DNA of 64,000 nucleotides from Tubulanus polymorphus (Eukaryota > Animalia > Nemertea), in NCBI RefSeq assembly GCF_964204645.1, contig NC_134029.1, forward strand, positions 13,790,850-13,854,849, written 5' to 3'. The notes below the pieces were generated by a model. That model worked only from the letters and a program-made list of their open reading frames with translations, had not been told where the DNA came from and did no database searches. Numbering within the stretch: position 1 is the first letter of the stretch; each line of letters begins with the position of its first letter. The position numbers and the translations under genes are program-made. Positions 1-10,897 of this stretch are shown here, piece by piece.

Positions 1-2
1 AT

Positions 3-221
3 GTCTATAAATTAGAAGATTTAGATGGTGAAGAAGTTGATGGTTACTTTTACGAAGAAGAATTAAGTTTAACTACTGAAAATCTAGAACAAGAATATAA
101 AATTGAAAAAGTACTAAAAACAAAAACTGTTAAAAGAAAAAAATATTCTTTAGTAAAATGGGTTGGATGGCCAGATAAATTCAATGAATGGATATTATCA
201 AGTAAAATTAAAAATATATAA
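3..221 (+). CDS. Polinton integrase, C-terminal chromodomain part (5' end outside window)
   Basis: Translates VYKLEDLDGEEVDGYFYEEEL...YSLVKWVGWPDKFNEWI, near-identical to the end of 53003..54118. Confidence 0.9.
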   Translation, partial: VYKLEDLDGEEVDGYFYEEELSLTTENLEQEYKIEKVLKTKTVKRKKYSLVKWVGWPDKFNEWILSSKIKNI

Positions 222-830
222 ATGAATAAGGAATTATTTATATTTGAGCCTCATAATATGTTAATTTCTGGCGTAACAAATTGTGGAAAAACTTATTTTA
301 TATTAAATTTATTAGAAACTGTTTATGAAAACTATTTTGATAATATAGTATTATTTTGCCCAACCTATGAATTTAATCAAACTTATGATAGAAATATTAC
401 TAGGAATAATAAATTTATTATATTAGATCCTAAAACAGTAAAAGAAAATTTAGATAATTGTATAAAAATAGCAATTGATATTTATAAAGGATCAAATACA
501 TTATTTATCATAGATGATTGTGCTAATCTACATGATTCAAAAGTTAGAGAAAGTGAGTTATGTTATTTAGCTTTCTCTGGTAGACATTTTGGGATAACAA
601 CTTGGGTTTTAAATCAAAAATATAATTCAATTGTTAAAGACTTTAGAGAAAACATTAGATTTCTAGTTTTATTCTACAATAAAGATAGAAAATCGATGAA
701 AAATGCACTTGAGGAAAATGATATTATTCCACATGATTTACATAATGAATATATGGATAAGTTGAAAAATATTAAAAGATCAAAATTACTATTTAGATTA
801 CAACACCCATTTAAATATGAATTTATTTAA
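222..830 (+). CDS. A32/FtsK-like genome packaging ATPase
   Basis: Walker A GVTNCGKT, Walker B LFIIDD, and the SGRH motif typical of Polinton/A32 ATPases; directly follows the integrase. Confidence 0.88.
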   Translation: MNKELFIFEPHNMLISGVTNCGKTYFILNLLETVYENYFDNIVLFCPTYEFNQTYDRNITRNNKFIILDPKTVKENLDNCIKIAIDIYKGSNTLFIIDDCANLHDSKVRESELCYLAFSGRHFGITTWVLNQKYNSIVKDFRENIRFLVLFYNKDRKSMKNALEENDIIPHDLHNEYMDKLKNIKRSKLLFRLQHPFKYEFI

Positions 831-1085
831 ATTCAACTAGCTTGTTAATCTAATTGAATTCTAGTTACATTCTAGTTGAATTCTAGTTGTTAGTAGTTGA
901 AACAAAAATCAACTAGATTTAACAATATTTCAACTAGCTTGTTAATCTAGTTGAATTCTAGTTGTTAGTAGTTGAAACAAAAATCAACTAGAATGTAACT
1001 AGAAATAAACAAAAACAACAATATTTCAACTAGCTTGTTAATCTAGTTGAATTCTAGTTACATTCTAGTTGAATTCTAGTTGCAA
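831..1085. repeat. Intergenic array of palindromic units (TTCAACTAG-n9-CTAGTTGAA)
   Basis: Three units of ttcaactagcttgttaatctagttgaattctag...; also present at ~28804-28980 and ~54726-54980. Confidence 0.85.
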
Positions 1086-1113
1086 CAACACAACTAATTT
1101 GTTTGTTATATAA

Positions 1114-1719
1114 ATGGGAGGTGAAAAGAAAATAAAATCTAAAAATGGTGATGTTCCAATTGAAAAAATTTTAGATGATTTAGGAATAACAGAAACAAAA
1201 TTAACTCCAGATGATGGTGCTTTAAATAATGTTACAACAAATAATAATTATGAATATTATCTTTATTGTAAACATCAATTAGAAATATTAATAGCATCTG
1301 GAAAATGTAAAAATTTTGTCGGTAAAAATTTAACTTATAATGAATTAGATACAATGAAATCAGATGAAATTATTAGATTATTTAAGATTTATGAATCCGC
1401 GAGAACAGCTAGAATTAATGACGCGATATCAGAAAATGTAGTAAAAGGTTATAGTAAATTATGTAATTATATACTACCAATTGAAGATGAAAATAGATTA
1501 TATTCTGATTTAAAAAATGATTATTTAGTTATGACTGAATTAAATAAATGGATTGGATATTTATCATTTCAATTAGGTGGATTTATGACATTATTATCAA
1601 CTGGAGTTATAACATTTTCAAATATTGAAAGTAAAAATATTTCTATAATAAATGAGCGAGGTGAAAGAAGTGAAGGAATTACCTGTGAAGAAAAAACCGA
1701 GAACTCAGAAACAAATTGA
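1114..1719 (+). CDS. Polinton hypothetical protein, 201 aa, hydrophobic segment near C-terminus
   Basis: Open ORF after TAAATG; disrupted homologs at 29010-29593 and 55008-55607. Confidence 0.75.
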   Translation: MGGEKKIKSKNGDVPIEKILDDLGITETKLTPDDGALNNVTTNNNYEYYLYCKHQLEILIASGKCKNFVGKNLTYNELDTMKSDEIIRLFKIYESARTARINDAISENVVKGYSKLCNYILPIEDENRLYSDLKNDYLVMTELNKWIGYLSFQLGGFMTLLSTGVITFSNIESKNISIINERGERSEGITCEEKTENSETN

Positions 1720-2020
1720 ATGGTCTCGACAATTAGGAATTAAATCACAAGAATATAAAAAAGCTGGAAAAGAAAAAATAAGTAATAAAAATGTTAATAA
1801 AAATGGTGAAAATATTGTTATTTCTACTCCTTCTGATAGTAGAATATTTGATAAATATCTATATTTTACAGTTGGATTTGTAATTGTATTCATTTTGATT
1901 GGGTGTAATTGGTATAAGAAATCAAATAAAATTCATGATATTAGTAATTCTGAACCAACTGCTATCAAAAATGAAAGTACTTCTGAAATTCCAAAATTTA
2001 TAATAAAAAAAATGGATTAA
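1652..2020 (+). CDS. Polinton small membrane protein, 122 aa
   Basis: TM-like YLYFTVGFVIVFILIGCNWY; intact homolog at 55540..55908. Confidence 0.75.
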   Translation: MSEVKEVKELPVKKKPRTQKQIEWSRQLGIKSQEYKKAGKEKISNKNVNKNGENIVISTPSDSRIFDKYLYFTVGFVIVFILIGCNWYKKSNKIHDISNSEPTAIKNESTSEIPKFIIKKMD

Positions 2021-2089
2021 TATTTTAGAAAAAAAAACAAAAAAATAATTAAATATCTCACTGTGGGGCAATTAAATTATCCAGATAAG

Positions 2090-2764
2090 TCATTTCGGAT
2101 CCTTGATATCAAATTCCTCAACGTATCGTTCATTATTTGGATTATTGTTCCATAATTCAATAAATTTTTTTGTTTTTTCCAGTTGATCTAAATATAATTT
2201 CATATCTAGTTTGTTAGATTTAATTATATTTTCTTTCTTTTCTAAAGGTCTTAAATTTCTCCAGTTCCAGATTAGCTTCTTATCATATTCATCATTCATA
2301 TCAAATTTAGAAATCGGCAACACATGATCAATATGAAAGTATTCACCATAATTATCTATATTCATTTTATCGTCGAATTGATATATTATCCATGATTTGA
2401 GAAATTCATCTGAACAACCCAACAAATTAGTTAATGTTTCTGAATGTGTTTCTTTGTTGAATAATTGTGTTAATCTAGACCGTAAACATTGTTTCAATCT
2501 AAAATTAAGATCTGTTTGATATCTTTCTCTCATATATTTTGTCATATAATCATTATAAGATTCTCTATTATCTTCTCGATATTGTTTGGTATATAGTTTA
2601 AAACAAGTTTTACAGCAATTTTGAAAACCATCTTTGCTAATCTTACGCTTACTAAATTCTGTAAATGATTTATCTAATTCACATTTAGAACACTTCTTGT
2701 AGTATATGTTTATAACAACAGTGTTATTTGTAATATTGATAGTTTGTGGTTGTTCTGGTTCCAT
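2090..2764 (-). CDS. HNH endonuclease with N-terminal Cys4 zinc motif
   Basis: CSKC...CKTC, then HIDHVLPI...NLRPLEKKENIIKSN (HNH core); preceded by the TIR-type leader; absent from copies B and C. Confidence 0.85.
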   Translation of the reverse strand: MEPEQPQTINITNNTVVINIYYKKCSKCELDKSFTEFSKRKISKDGFQNCCKTCFKLYTKQYREDNRESYNDYMTKYMRERYQTDLNFRLKQCLRSRLTQLFNKETHSETLTNLLGCSDEFLKSWIIYQFDDKMNIDNYGEYFHIDHVLPISKFDMNDEYDKKLIWNWRNLRPLEKKENIIKSNKLDMKLYLDQLEKTKKFIELWNNNPNNERYVEEFDIKDPK

Positions 2765-2923
2765 TTATTAGGGGGAAAAATTACTTGTGGTGATGAGTAT
2801 GAAAAAAAAATAATTGAATATCTCACTACTTTTGTCTATCTATGTGGAGCAATTAAATTGTCCAGATAAGTCATTTCGAATTCTAGATATTCATTATTTT
2901 TATTAATTTATTTTTTTTAAAAT

Positions 2924-3250
2924 TTAATCAACAATTTCTAAATCATGATGGCCATCTTCATTTTTTCCATGATAGATTATTTTAAATCCTTCTAAATCTT
3001 TTAATTCCTCTGTACTCAATGAAACCCATTTATCAGGTAAAAATACTTTAAATTCTCGCGATGTACTAACATTACAGTAGCTTAAATTAGCTGATACTTT
3101 CTCTCCATATTTAGTTTTTATCTTTTCTAATTTCAATATTTTATGTTCAATTTCTTTTGTAACATCAACTAACTTTTTTATTTCAAATTGTTTTTTTGCT
3201 GGTTTTATTCTGTTATTTATTGTTGCTAAGAATGCTTTTCTATCTCCCAT
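2924..3250 (-). CDS. Polinton hypothetical protein, 108 aa
   Basis: Open ORF after the TIR-type leader and TAAATG; homolog 56760..57038 has an in-frame 16-aa deletion. Confidence 0.75.
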   Translation of the reverse strand: MGDRKAFLATINNRIKPAKKQFEIKKLVDVTKEIEHKILKLEKIKTKYGEKVSANLSYCNVSTSREFKVFLPDKWVSLSTEELKDLEGFKIIYHGKNEDGHHDLEIVD

Positions 3251-3462
3251 TTATAAGGAAAACAAATTACTTGTGGTGATGAGTGGGGATTACTTCCCCC
3301 TATATAACAAGCACGCTATTAACCGTTCTCACCCAAGCCTCACAGCATCTATTTATCCGGGTACAGTTGACACGCAATCACTGTACTACAGTAATAGCAC
3401 ACACATTAATAACCGTTCTCAGTAGAGACTCACTGTAACGATCTATCCACACACAGCTGTTG

Positions 3463-3666
3463 TTACGCGCACTCACTGTTTATGTGTGTCACAATTTTAC
3501 TACGTAATATTTCTAAAATTTCAATTGTATCTTTTATTTCTAGTGAATCAATATAATTTCTAACATTTTCCATGTAAGGTTTATCGATGTATTTTTTACA
3601 ATATTGACAATAATATTGATTTTTATTGACATTATTGTTTTCTAGTTGGTGTTCATTCTCCCCCAT
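3463..3666 (-). pseudogene. Inverted, internally deleted copy of the pPolB 5' end inside the right TIR region
   Basis: MGENEHQ...KKYIDK joined to PYMENVRNYIDSLEIKDTIEILE, matching 38110 onward and 40715 onward. Confidence 0.75.
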
Positions 3667-6433
3667 TTATTAGGGAAAAAAATTACTTGTGGTGATGAGT
3701 GGTGTGTCTCGCCCTCACGCCCTCTGGCCTGAAACCCCACTTTTCTAATTACTTTAATTTACTAATTTGAATAAGCAGTTCAAACTTGGGACTCATAGGT
3801 GATGACCTTACATAATGTTTCCGCAGTTTGAGGCACCCAATAAGTCTGTTAAATCTATGGAATATATAATTTTTAGTATGAAACCATATAGGTCCCAATA
3901 GGTAAGTAAAGTCTACCATATGAATATATATAAAATTATGTACCGTACAGTAATATCAGGATACACAGCGGACATCGGGGATTCGTGATTAAATATTCAC
4001 ATCTTAGATGAATTTTAGAGGCCATAAGAGCTAATTTTGACCACTTTGACCAATTTTCTAGAGGCCATGAGCTAATTTTTTTTAAAATACATTTTCTTTT
4101 CTTCCAAATTTCCTAGATCCGCCTGGTAATGAAAATGTCATCTTAGGTACCGGGTATACGATTGATACTATTGAGTCAAAACTTCATCAAAATCGAAAAC
4201 AAATGGTTCAATTGGATCGAAGATTTAGATTTGTTTAAATCCGTTTACTGGGCAACTTTCATGAAAAAAACCTGCCTGGTTCAGTGCGGCCGCCTACCGT
4301 AAACACTCGTTTTTCTGGTCATTCCACCTGATGATGGCTGTGGTTTCACAGTAATAAATTTGATCGTATAATTTTAAATTTGAAGTGTGGGATTTCTTCA
4401 TTTATCTACAGTATACACGGATTATAGTGTTTATTCGACATCTATTAAGCAATCCTTTAGCTAAGACTATCTCATTGGTTATTATTGTGGCATTTCACTG
4501 TCAAAGGGCTATGCTTACAACAACTTAAATTGGACAGCTCATATATGACCAAACTCAAACTTGTTTTTGTTGCATGTGGCCCGTACACAGAAAATCCCAA
4601 CTGCTTTAAATGTCACCGTATTTGTGCCTCAGAACAAAATGCTGCTGTTTGCAATACGGACTAATTTGATACTCCCCCCTTAAATGCAGAATAACATTTA
4701 CTATGGCGTCTTGGGTTATTCAATTATTGGTGCGGCATGTCGCTTTACGGTCGCAGGTGGCACGTCCCTGATCGAGTAGCTAGGCGTTCGCGTTCGGTAT
4801 TTTTGAAAAGCGTCGGCGGTTTGCGAGGCCGGTAGTGTATCGGAGGGTGCGAGGCTGGTGGTGTATCGGGGGTGTATGGAGATGACTATTACAAAGGAAA
4901 CACACCGTTCTGTTGGTCTCGAAATCATATACCGGGTACCCGATATACCGGTATGCTATTTAAGTTTTATACAAGACCCAATAAGGACTGTCGTGCCCCC
5001 GAATTCTCTGCTGGTGCTTGAGTCCCAGGTCTCAAATGGTCGTTCTATCTATCATGTGGAATGGCATGCAATGGGCTATAACACATTGAAAACCCAATAT
5101 TCGACGGACTGTGTGTGTATGTGTGTGTGTGTGTGTAATGGTCCTATGGATCAGTTTCGTATAAAAACATGACCCACTAATACTGTATCAGATTAGTGTG
5201 GAGTATATATTTGTTATGAAAGCGTCGACTTATTATCGACATATTTGTATAACGAAATTGTCAACCGGTCGCATAACGAAGGCCTGGTAGGATACTTCGT
5301 AAGATGAATCTGGCTCGATGATATCGATATTATATTGATATTGATGATATTGCACTTATTTCAAGGGATTTCTGCTACTTTCATCTAATTTAAAGCTATC
5401 GCGACTACGGATACATGATCCTATCAACAAATCATATTATTAGAGAGCATTACTTCAATATTTGCACTTTTTGCACTTATCCAGATGTTAGAATTTAACG
5501 AAAAATGAAAGAAGGCAATAATGTACTCACAATAATTGTTGCATTTCTCCATTGCACACAGTAAAATTTTGTAAATTTGTTGGAAAAAAATAATGTTTAA
5601 TCATTATATGTTTATACTCTAGCCATGGTTACTGGTTTTAAACTGACAAGTCTGTGGTCCTCTTGAATCAAAAAAAGTATCAACTGTGAGCACTGTTAGT
5701 ACTGCGAGCATTTGGCCTCTAGAATTGTTCCAGATTGTATTAAAAAATCAGCGATGAATGAATCAAAACTGCAATGGAATCACGTTGCAGCCAATTCGGT
5801 ACCGTCACAAAAATAGAGCGGCTACCCAGATTTCCTGGATCCAGATACCTGCACGTTCGATATAGTCAAATTTTCTTAAAGCGGGTGAAAAAACTAATTA
5901 ATCCGACTGAACCAGCATCTATTTTGGCTTCAAGCTGGGATAGACCGATTCGAATTGAGCAAGCTTTGACTACTAACGATGACCAATGAAAAACGAAATA
6001 GAAGAAAAAGAAAGCAGAAAAGTTACGATCTAAATAATTATCACTCCATTTAATTGCAAAATAATATTTCCGTATAAAATATGGCCTCAAACAATGAAAC
6101 AGCATCAGGATGAAGGGGTAACACTAAAGTATATAGGCTACATATATCTGCATGACACACCTCCAAAATGAGATACAATTGGGATGCAGATTTTCGGATG
6201 CAGTTCCGGCCGCATCTTTAAAGCATTTGCGTGATGGAACGGCCAATCGGCGCGCACCATTGTATGCCAACGTCACGATATGATTTTTCTTACGTGACAA
6301 ATTTAGCCTGTACTAACAATTTGTGAATTCTCAGCAATCTTGCATTATGTGTCAGCGGCATTTTATTTAGATTACCCAAGCCCAAAATTAACTAGTTCAT
6401 CAATAATCATTTCGTTGGTCTAAGGATCTCTAA

Positions 6434-7221
6434 GGGGCCGTGCATAAAGTACGTACGTCCGTAGGGGGGTGGGAGGTTCTTAAAATCCGTACAAAAGCGT
6501 ACAGGGGGAGGGGAGGGGTCAGCTAAAAACGTACATACTTTCCAAGGGGGAGGGTTAATATTAATAGTACGTACTTTGTGCACTAAACATAATGTGAATT
6601 TCACAAATATCCCCGTTTGCCGACGATCTTAAGTGTGTCTAGTGAAAATAAAATGAATATATTACTTGAAGTTTGTTGGATTATTTTTTCACATTGGACT
6701 GTTTGGGGTTCGATCATAAGCCGTAGCTGTCGCTAATTGCTCATTTAAACATCCACTATTGTTTCAACATTGGTACTCTTTTTTTAATAAAGAGTACCAA
6801 TGTTGATAGTTTATTTTTATTGTGATCATTATTTTAATATAAACATCTATGTCTGTGGGTAACCTGTCTTCCTTTAATGTACAGCAAACACTGCCTTAAT
6901 TGCGAAACCGGTCTCCCTGGGTTTGTTGCATTCAATATATTTTATTTGGATCTCGGGAATTCCCCACTTTCAGTCTTTCATTTCGTCGCCATGGAAGATC
7001 GTTGATCAACGTCAGCGGGAACTCTGTTGAATCAGAGTGGATTTTGCCTTCTTTAAACCATTATTCCTGAAAATTCTGTTTTACTGGGGGGGGGGGGGTT
7101 ACCCCTAAAAGTATGTACGCAAGGGGGGGGGGTTATAAAAAAACGTACAATGAGCGTACAAGGGGGGAGGGGGGGTTAAAAATACCCGGAAGTCAAGCGT
7201 ACGTACTTTATGCACGGCCCC
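6434..7221. mobile_element. PIF/Harbinger-type MITE
   Basis: 24-bp TIR ggggccgtgcataaagtacgtacg / cgtacgtactttatgcacggcccc, flanked by TAA on both sides. Confidence 0.85.
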
Positions 7222-7577
7222 TAAGGCTAAGATAATGATACCATCTTTCCTTTTAAATTGGCCGAGTAATTTTGTAAACTGCAATAAAATATGTAATCTT
7301 TTCATTTCTATAGCTACCGGGTCTGTTATGGTTAGCTTGATGATGATTTAACGGAAATTTAATATTTTTTTTGTAGTACAAAATTTTAGGTGTGAAAGGG
7401 TTAAAGACCCAAAGGGATTACGGGGACAGGCCCAAAAAATCGCTCTGAAAGGAAAAGTCATTTTCATGAAGGGAAACATCGACTAACTGAAGTGATACAT
7501 CGTCTCTTCAGGTGGTTTTATACCAATTTGACTTTCATTGGTAGCTTAAAAACATGCCCTCCTACTAGGGCCCGATT

Positions 7578-7581
<4 letters not shown>

Positions 7582-7636
<55 letters not shown>

Positions 7637-7660
7637 TGTGTGTTTGTATGTATGGATTTC

Positions 7661-7750
<90 letters not shown>
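7582..7750. repeat. Compound microsatellite (GT)n-(GCGT)n and (AT)n
   Basis: Read directly from sequence. Confidence 0.97.
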
Positions 7751-7754
<4 letters not shown>

Positions 7755-7769
7755 ATATTATATTTTGAT

Positions 7770-8843
7770 TCTATAACAGCTGATACTCCAATATTATTAA
7801 AATATCATAATCAACTATTAATTAGAAGAATTTCAGAAATAATACCTAATCAAAATGAACTTTTTATTTTGTATGGTGAAAAAGAATTGATACAAATAAA
7901 TAGATTAATGGATGTTTGGACAAGAAATGGATGGAAAAAATTAAAGAATATTATTAGACATAAAACAAATAAAAAGATTTATAGAGTTAGAACTAAATTA
8001 GGGTTTGTAGATGTTACTGAAAACCACAGTTTAATTAAACGAAATGGTGATGAAATAACACCAACTGATATAAAAATTGGAGATGAATTATTCCATAAAA
8101 GATTTTACCCACGAATGGATCATATGTCATTTGTCATTTGATAAGATAATTGATAATAGAGAACCAGAAATATTAGAAGAAAAAGAATATTTTATTAAAC
8201 GATTTTTTATGGGAGATAGTTCAGCACGTGTGTATAAATCTGTTAGTGGAACTAAATATTGTTGGTATTTATGTAAACAAGATTTAAAATTATTAGAAAA
8301 CATTAAAAAATACAGTGAAGAAGTTTATCCAAATAAAACATTTAGAATCGTACATCATATGAAATCATCAGCTGTTCATAGAATACTTGTGAATAATCCT
8401 AAAGATTTTGCTATAAAATATAATTCTATATTCTATACGAATTCTATATTCATGCAATAGTGAAAGTTCTACTTCAACCAAAGAAAAGGTAGTGCCAGAT
8501 TATGCATTAAATGCAAAATATAATTTAAAAAAAATGGTTCTTCATTGGATTTTATGCTGCAGATGGTGCTAAGAAATTTGATAGATCTCCAGTAATAACC
8601 TTAGAACAAAAAGGAAAAGTTGCTATATCAGGGATAAATATATTATGCAATTCATTAGGTTTTAATATGAATATTGAATTGATTAAATCTAAACCAAATT
8701 GCATTAATTTAAGCCATGTAGAAAATGAGTTAACAGAAGAAGTTAGAGATTTATTTGAAATATATAACCCATCAGATTATGTTTATAATTTATCAACTGA
8801 AGATGTAACATTCAATTCTGGATTTCCATTAATAGCGGTCAAT
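7770..8843 (+). pseudogene. Frameshifted pPolB intein with LAGLIDADG remnants (copy B)
   Basis: YFD|SITADTPILL...VDVTENHSL...FFMGD...IGFYAADG...LIAVN|TDA. Confidence 0.85.
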
Positions 8844-9244
8844 ACGGATGCCTAAAGTCTATCCCAGCGGTTATGACCGCGGCATTTCACTCTCAAAGAG
8901 CCAGTATCAACAACAATTTAATTGATACTGACAGCTTTAAGTGGTCAAACTCACCATGAGCATCGCTGCTTCGCTGGACCTCAGCTGCTTGATACTATGG
9001 TTACAGGCAAGAGTGAATAAAGAGCAAAACTTTTCCACACTTAATCCAAGAAAATGAAGTATTAAGCAATGAAATTTCAGTTTTGAAGAGTGAATATTTT
9101 CGCTGGATGCTGAAGTCGGTGTTTACATTATGAAGTGTCAAAACCAATTTCCAAGTTGAAAGATTATATTTGGACGGTGTTTCAAGCAAAACAACAGCAC
9201 TCGACTCATGAGATAATTCCGATTATATATGCTCACACTCTGAT

Positions 9245-10136
9245 GTTTATAGATGTTATTTCACCATTTTTATTTTCTATCATTTTCATTTTTTCAAGCC
9301 ATTGCTTATATTCTGGTGTAAGATTTTCCATAGAAAATATCTTAAAAATTTCATCTACATATTTTGATTTTGGTTCTATACGAATATCTCTAAGTTTTTT
9401 CATCACCCCATGAATTTTTTTTGCCAACCACATTCATTACAAAATATCACAGAATCCTATTGTCTTAAGTACTCATGAATACATTGTGGGCATTTTTTTC
9501 TATCATATCTTGGTAATAGATCTTCATTAAATTCTTGGTATTTTCTTACGTTTTCTTTATGTTTTATTGTTCTATAATGTAGATTTGAATTTCTTGCTGT
9601 AATAATAAATTTACAATATTTGCAATAATATATTTTTCTTACTAATTCATTATATTGTTTTTCCAACTTTTCAAGCGTTTCTTTATTATCTGGTATCGTT
9701 TTCTCATATTTTATTTTTTCTAATATATTATTTTTTCTCTCATTAAATTCTGCTTCAAATTTATTAGAAATTTTACGAAATTGATGATTTTCCCAATCTT
9801 CTATATTTTCAGGGCTATATTTTATTCGACAAGGCTCACAGAAATGATCTTTTATATTATTCTTGTCATAAAATATAAAAGGTCTTTTCCAAATAATTTC
9901 AGGTTCAGTTTCAACAGAATTATTATTACTTTCTTTACTATCAACATTAACCGTTGAGTCATTAATTTTACACTTCTCTGAATGTTTTTTAACATAATTT
10001 CTTGAAAATAATTTATTACAATTTGGGCAGTTTATTTTAGGGGTTTATTATTTTCATCACGTTTTTTCATACGTCGTGCCATATTACTTTTTCTTTGAAG
10101 TTCACCACAAATTTCACATCCTATCTTCTCATCAAT
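9245..10136 (-). pseudogene. Zinc-finger protein remnant (homolog of 45631-46700)
   Basis: YCKYCKFI...HYRTIKH and CPQC match copy C; fragmented. Confidence 0.75.
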
Positions 10137-10204
10137 TTATTTAGGAAAAATGTTATTGAAATTAATTTTTAACAGTTCGAGGTAATTTTTTTGTGTTATA
10201 AATA

Positions 10205-10880
10205 ATGGTTGAATTAAAAGAATATAGAATATTTGTTGATTCTAGAAAACTTACAAATTATAAATCACATGATTTACTAGTACAATTAGATAGAGAATTC
10301 AAAAATTGTGTAGATTTAAAATTAGTAAATGTAAGTTTATATAACTCATTTTACAATATATCGAATAAAACTATTGAACATAGAGTCTTTTTGATTCACG
10401 ATAGATAGAGTTATAAACATATGGTTTCATCTTTATCTAAAACCAGGATAATATAATTTAGATACATTAGAGCAAGAAATGAATTCAATTCATGATGAAA
10501 GACATAAAATTTTAGTTAAAAAACCTGTAGCTGAACTGTTAGGAATTACGCCAGATACACTTTATTTAAATGTTGATACTACACCAAATATAATACCTTA
10601 CACACATTTCTATATTTATTGCAATTTAATTGACCCAACAAAAATATTCGAAGCAACTAACGATACATTTTGTAATTCTAGTATAGAAAATATTTTACCA
10701 TTAAAAAAATGTTAAACAATTTGGAACGCAAATAAATTATAATTTGGCTGAATGTGATTTTAAACCATGTATTTCACGATTTGATTATTTCAAATTAGAA
10801 GTAAGAAATCGTAATGGATACTTAATTGATTTACATAATTTTCCTATAATTTATGAATTAGTTATAAGATGTAGAGAGTA
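10205..10880 (+). pseudogene. Penton/minor capsid protein remnant
   Basis: MVELKEYRIFVDSRKL..., homolog of 46769..47512, frameshifted. Confidence 0.75.
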
Positions 10881-10897
10881 ATTTTTTCACTATATAA

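Larger units (their letters stand above)
1..3753 (+). mobile_element. Maverick/Polinton copy A, right part (remainder lies upstream of the window)
   Basis: Collinear with 53898-57122 of copy C (integrase end, ATPase, 201-aa, 122-aa and 108-aa genes); ends in the TIR-type sequence ...cttttctaattact at 3753; visible ORFs are uninterrupted. Confidence 0.9.

Noticed and set aside
4716-6105. Short ORFs between copy A and the MITE as possible host exons
   Set aside because: No recognisable domain or supportable splice structure
6765-6806. Hairpin caacattggtactcttt...aaagagtaccaatgttg
   Set aside because: Isolated short palindrome inside a MITE, with no further support for function
7492-7776. ORFs with VC/YI repeats
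   Set aside because: Translations of (GT)n and (AT)n microsatellites
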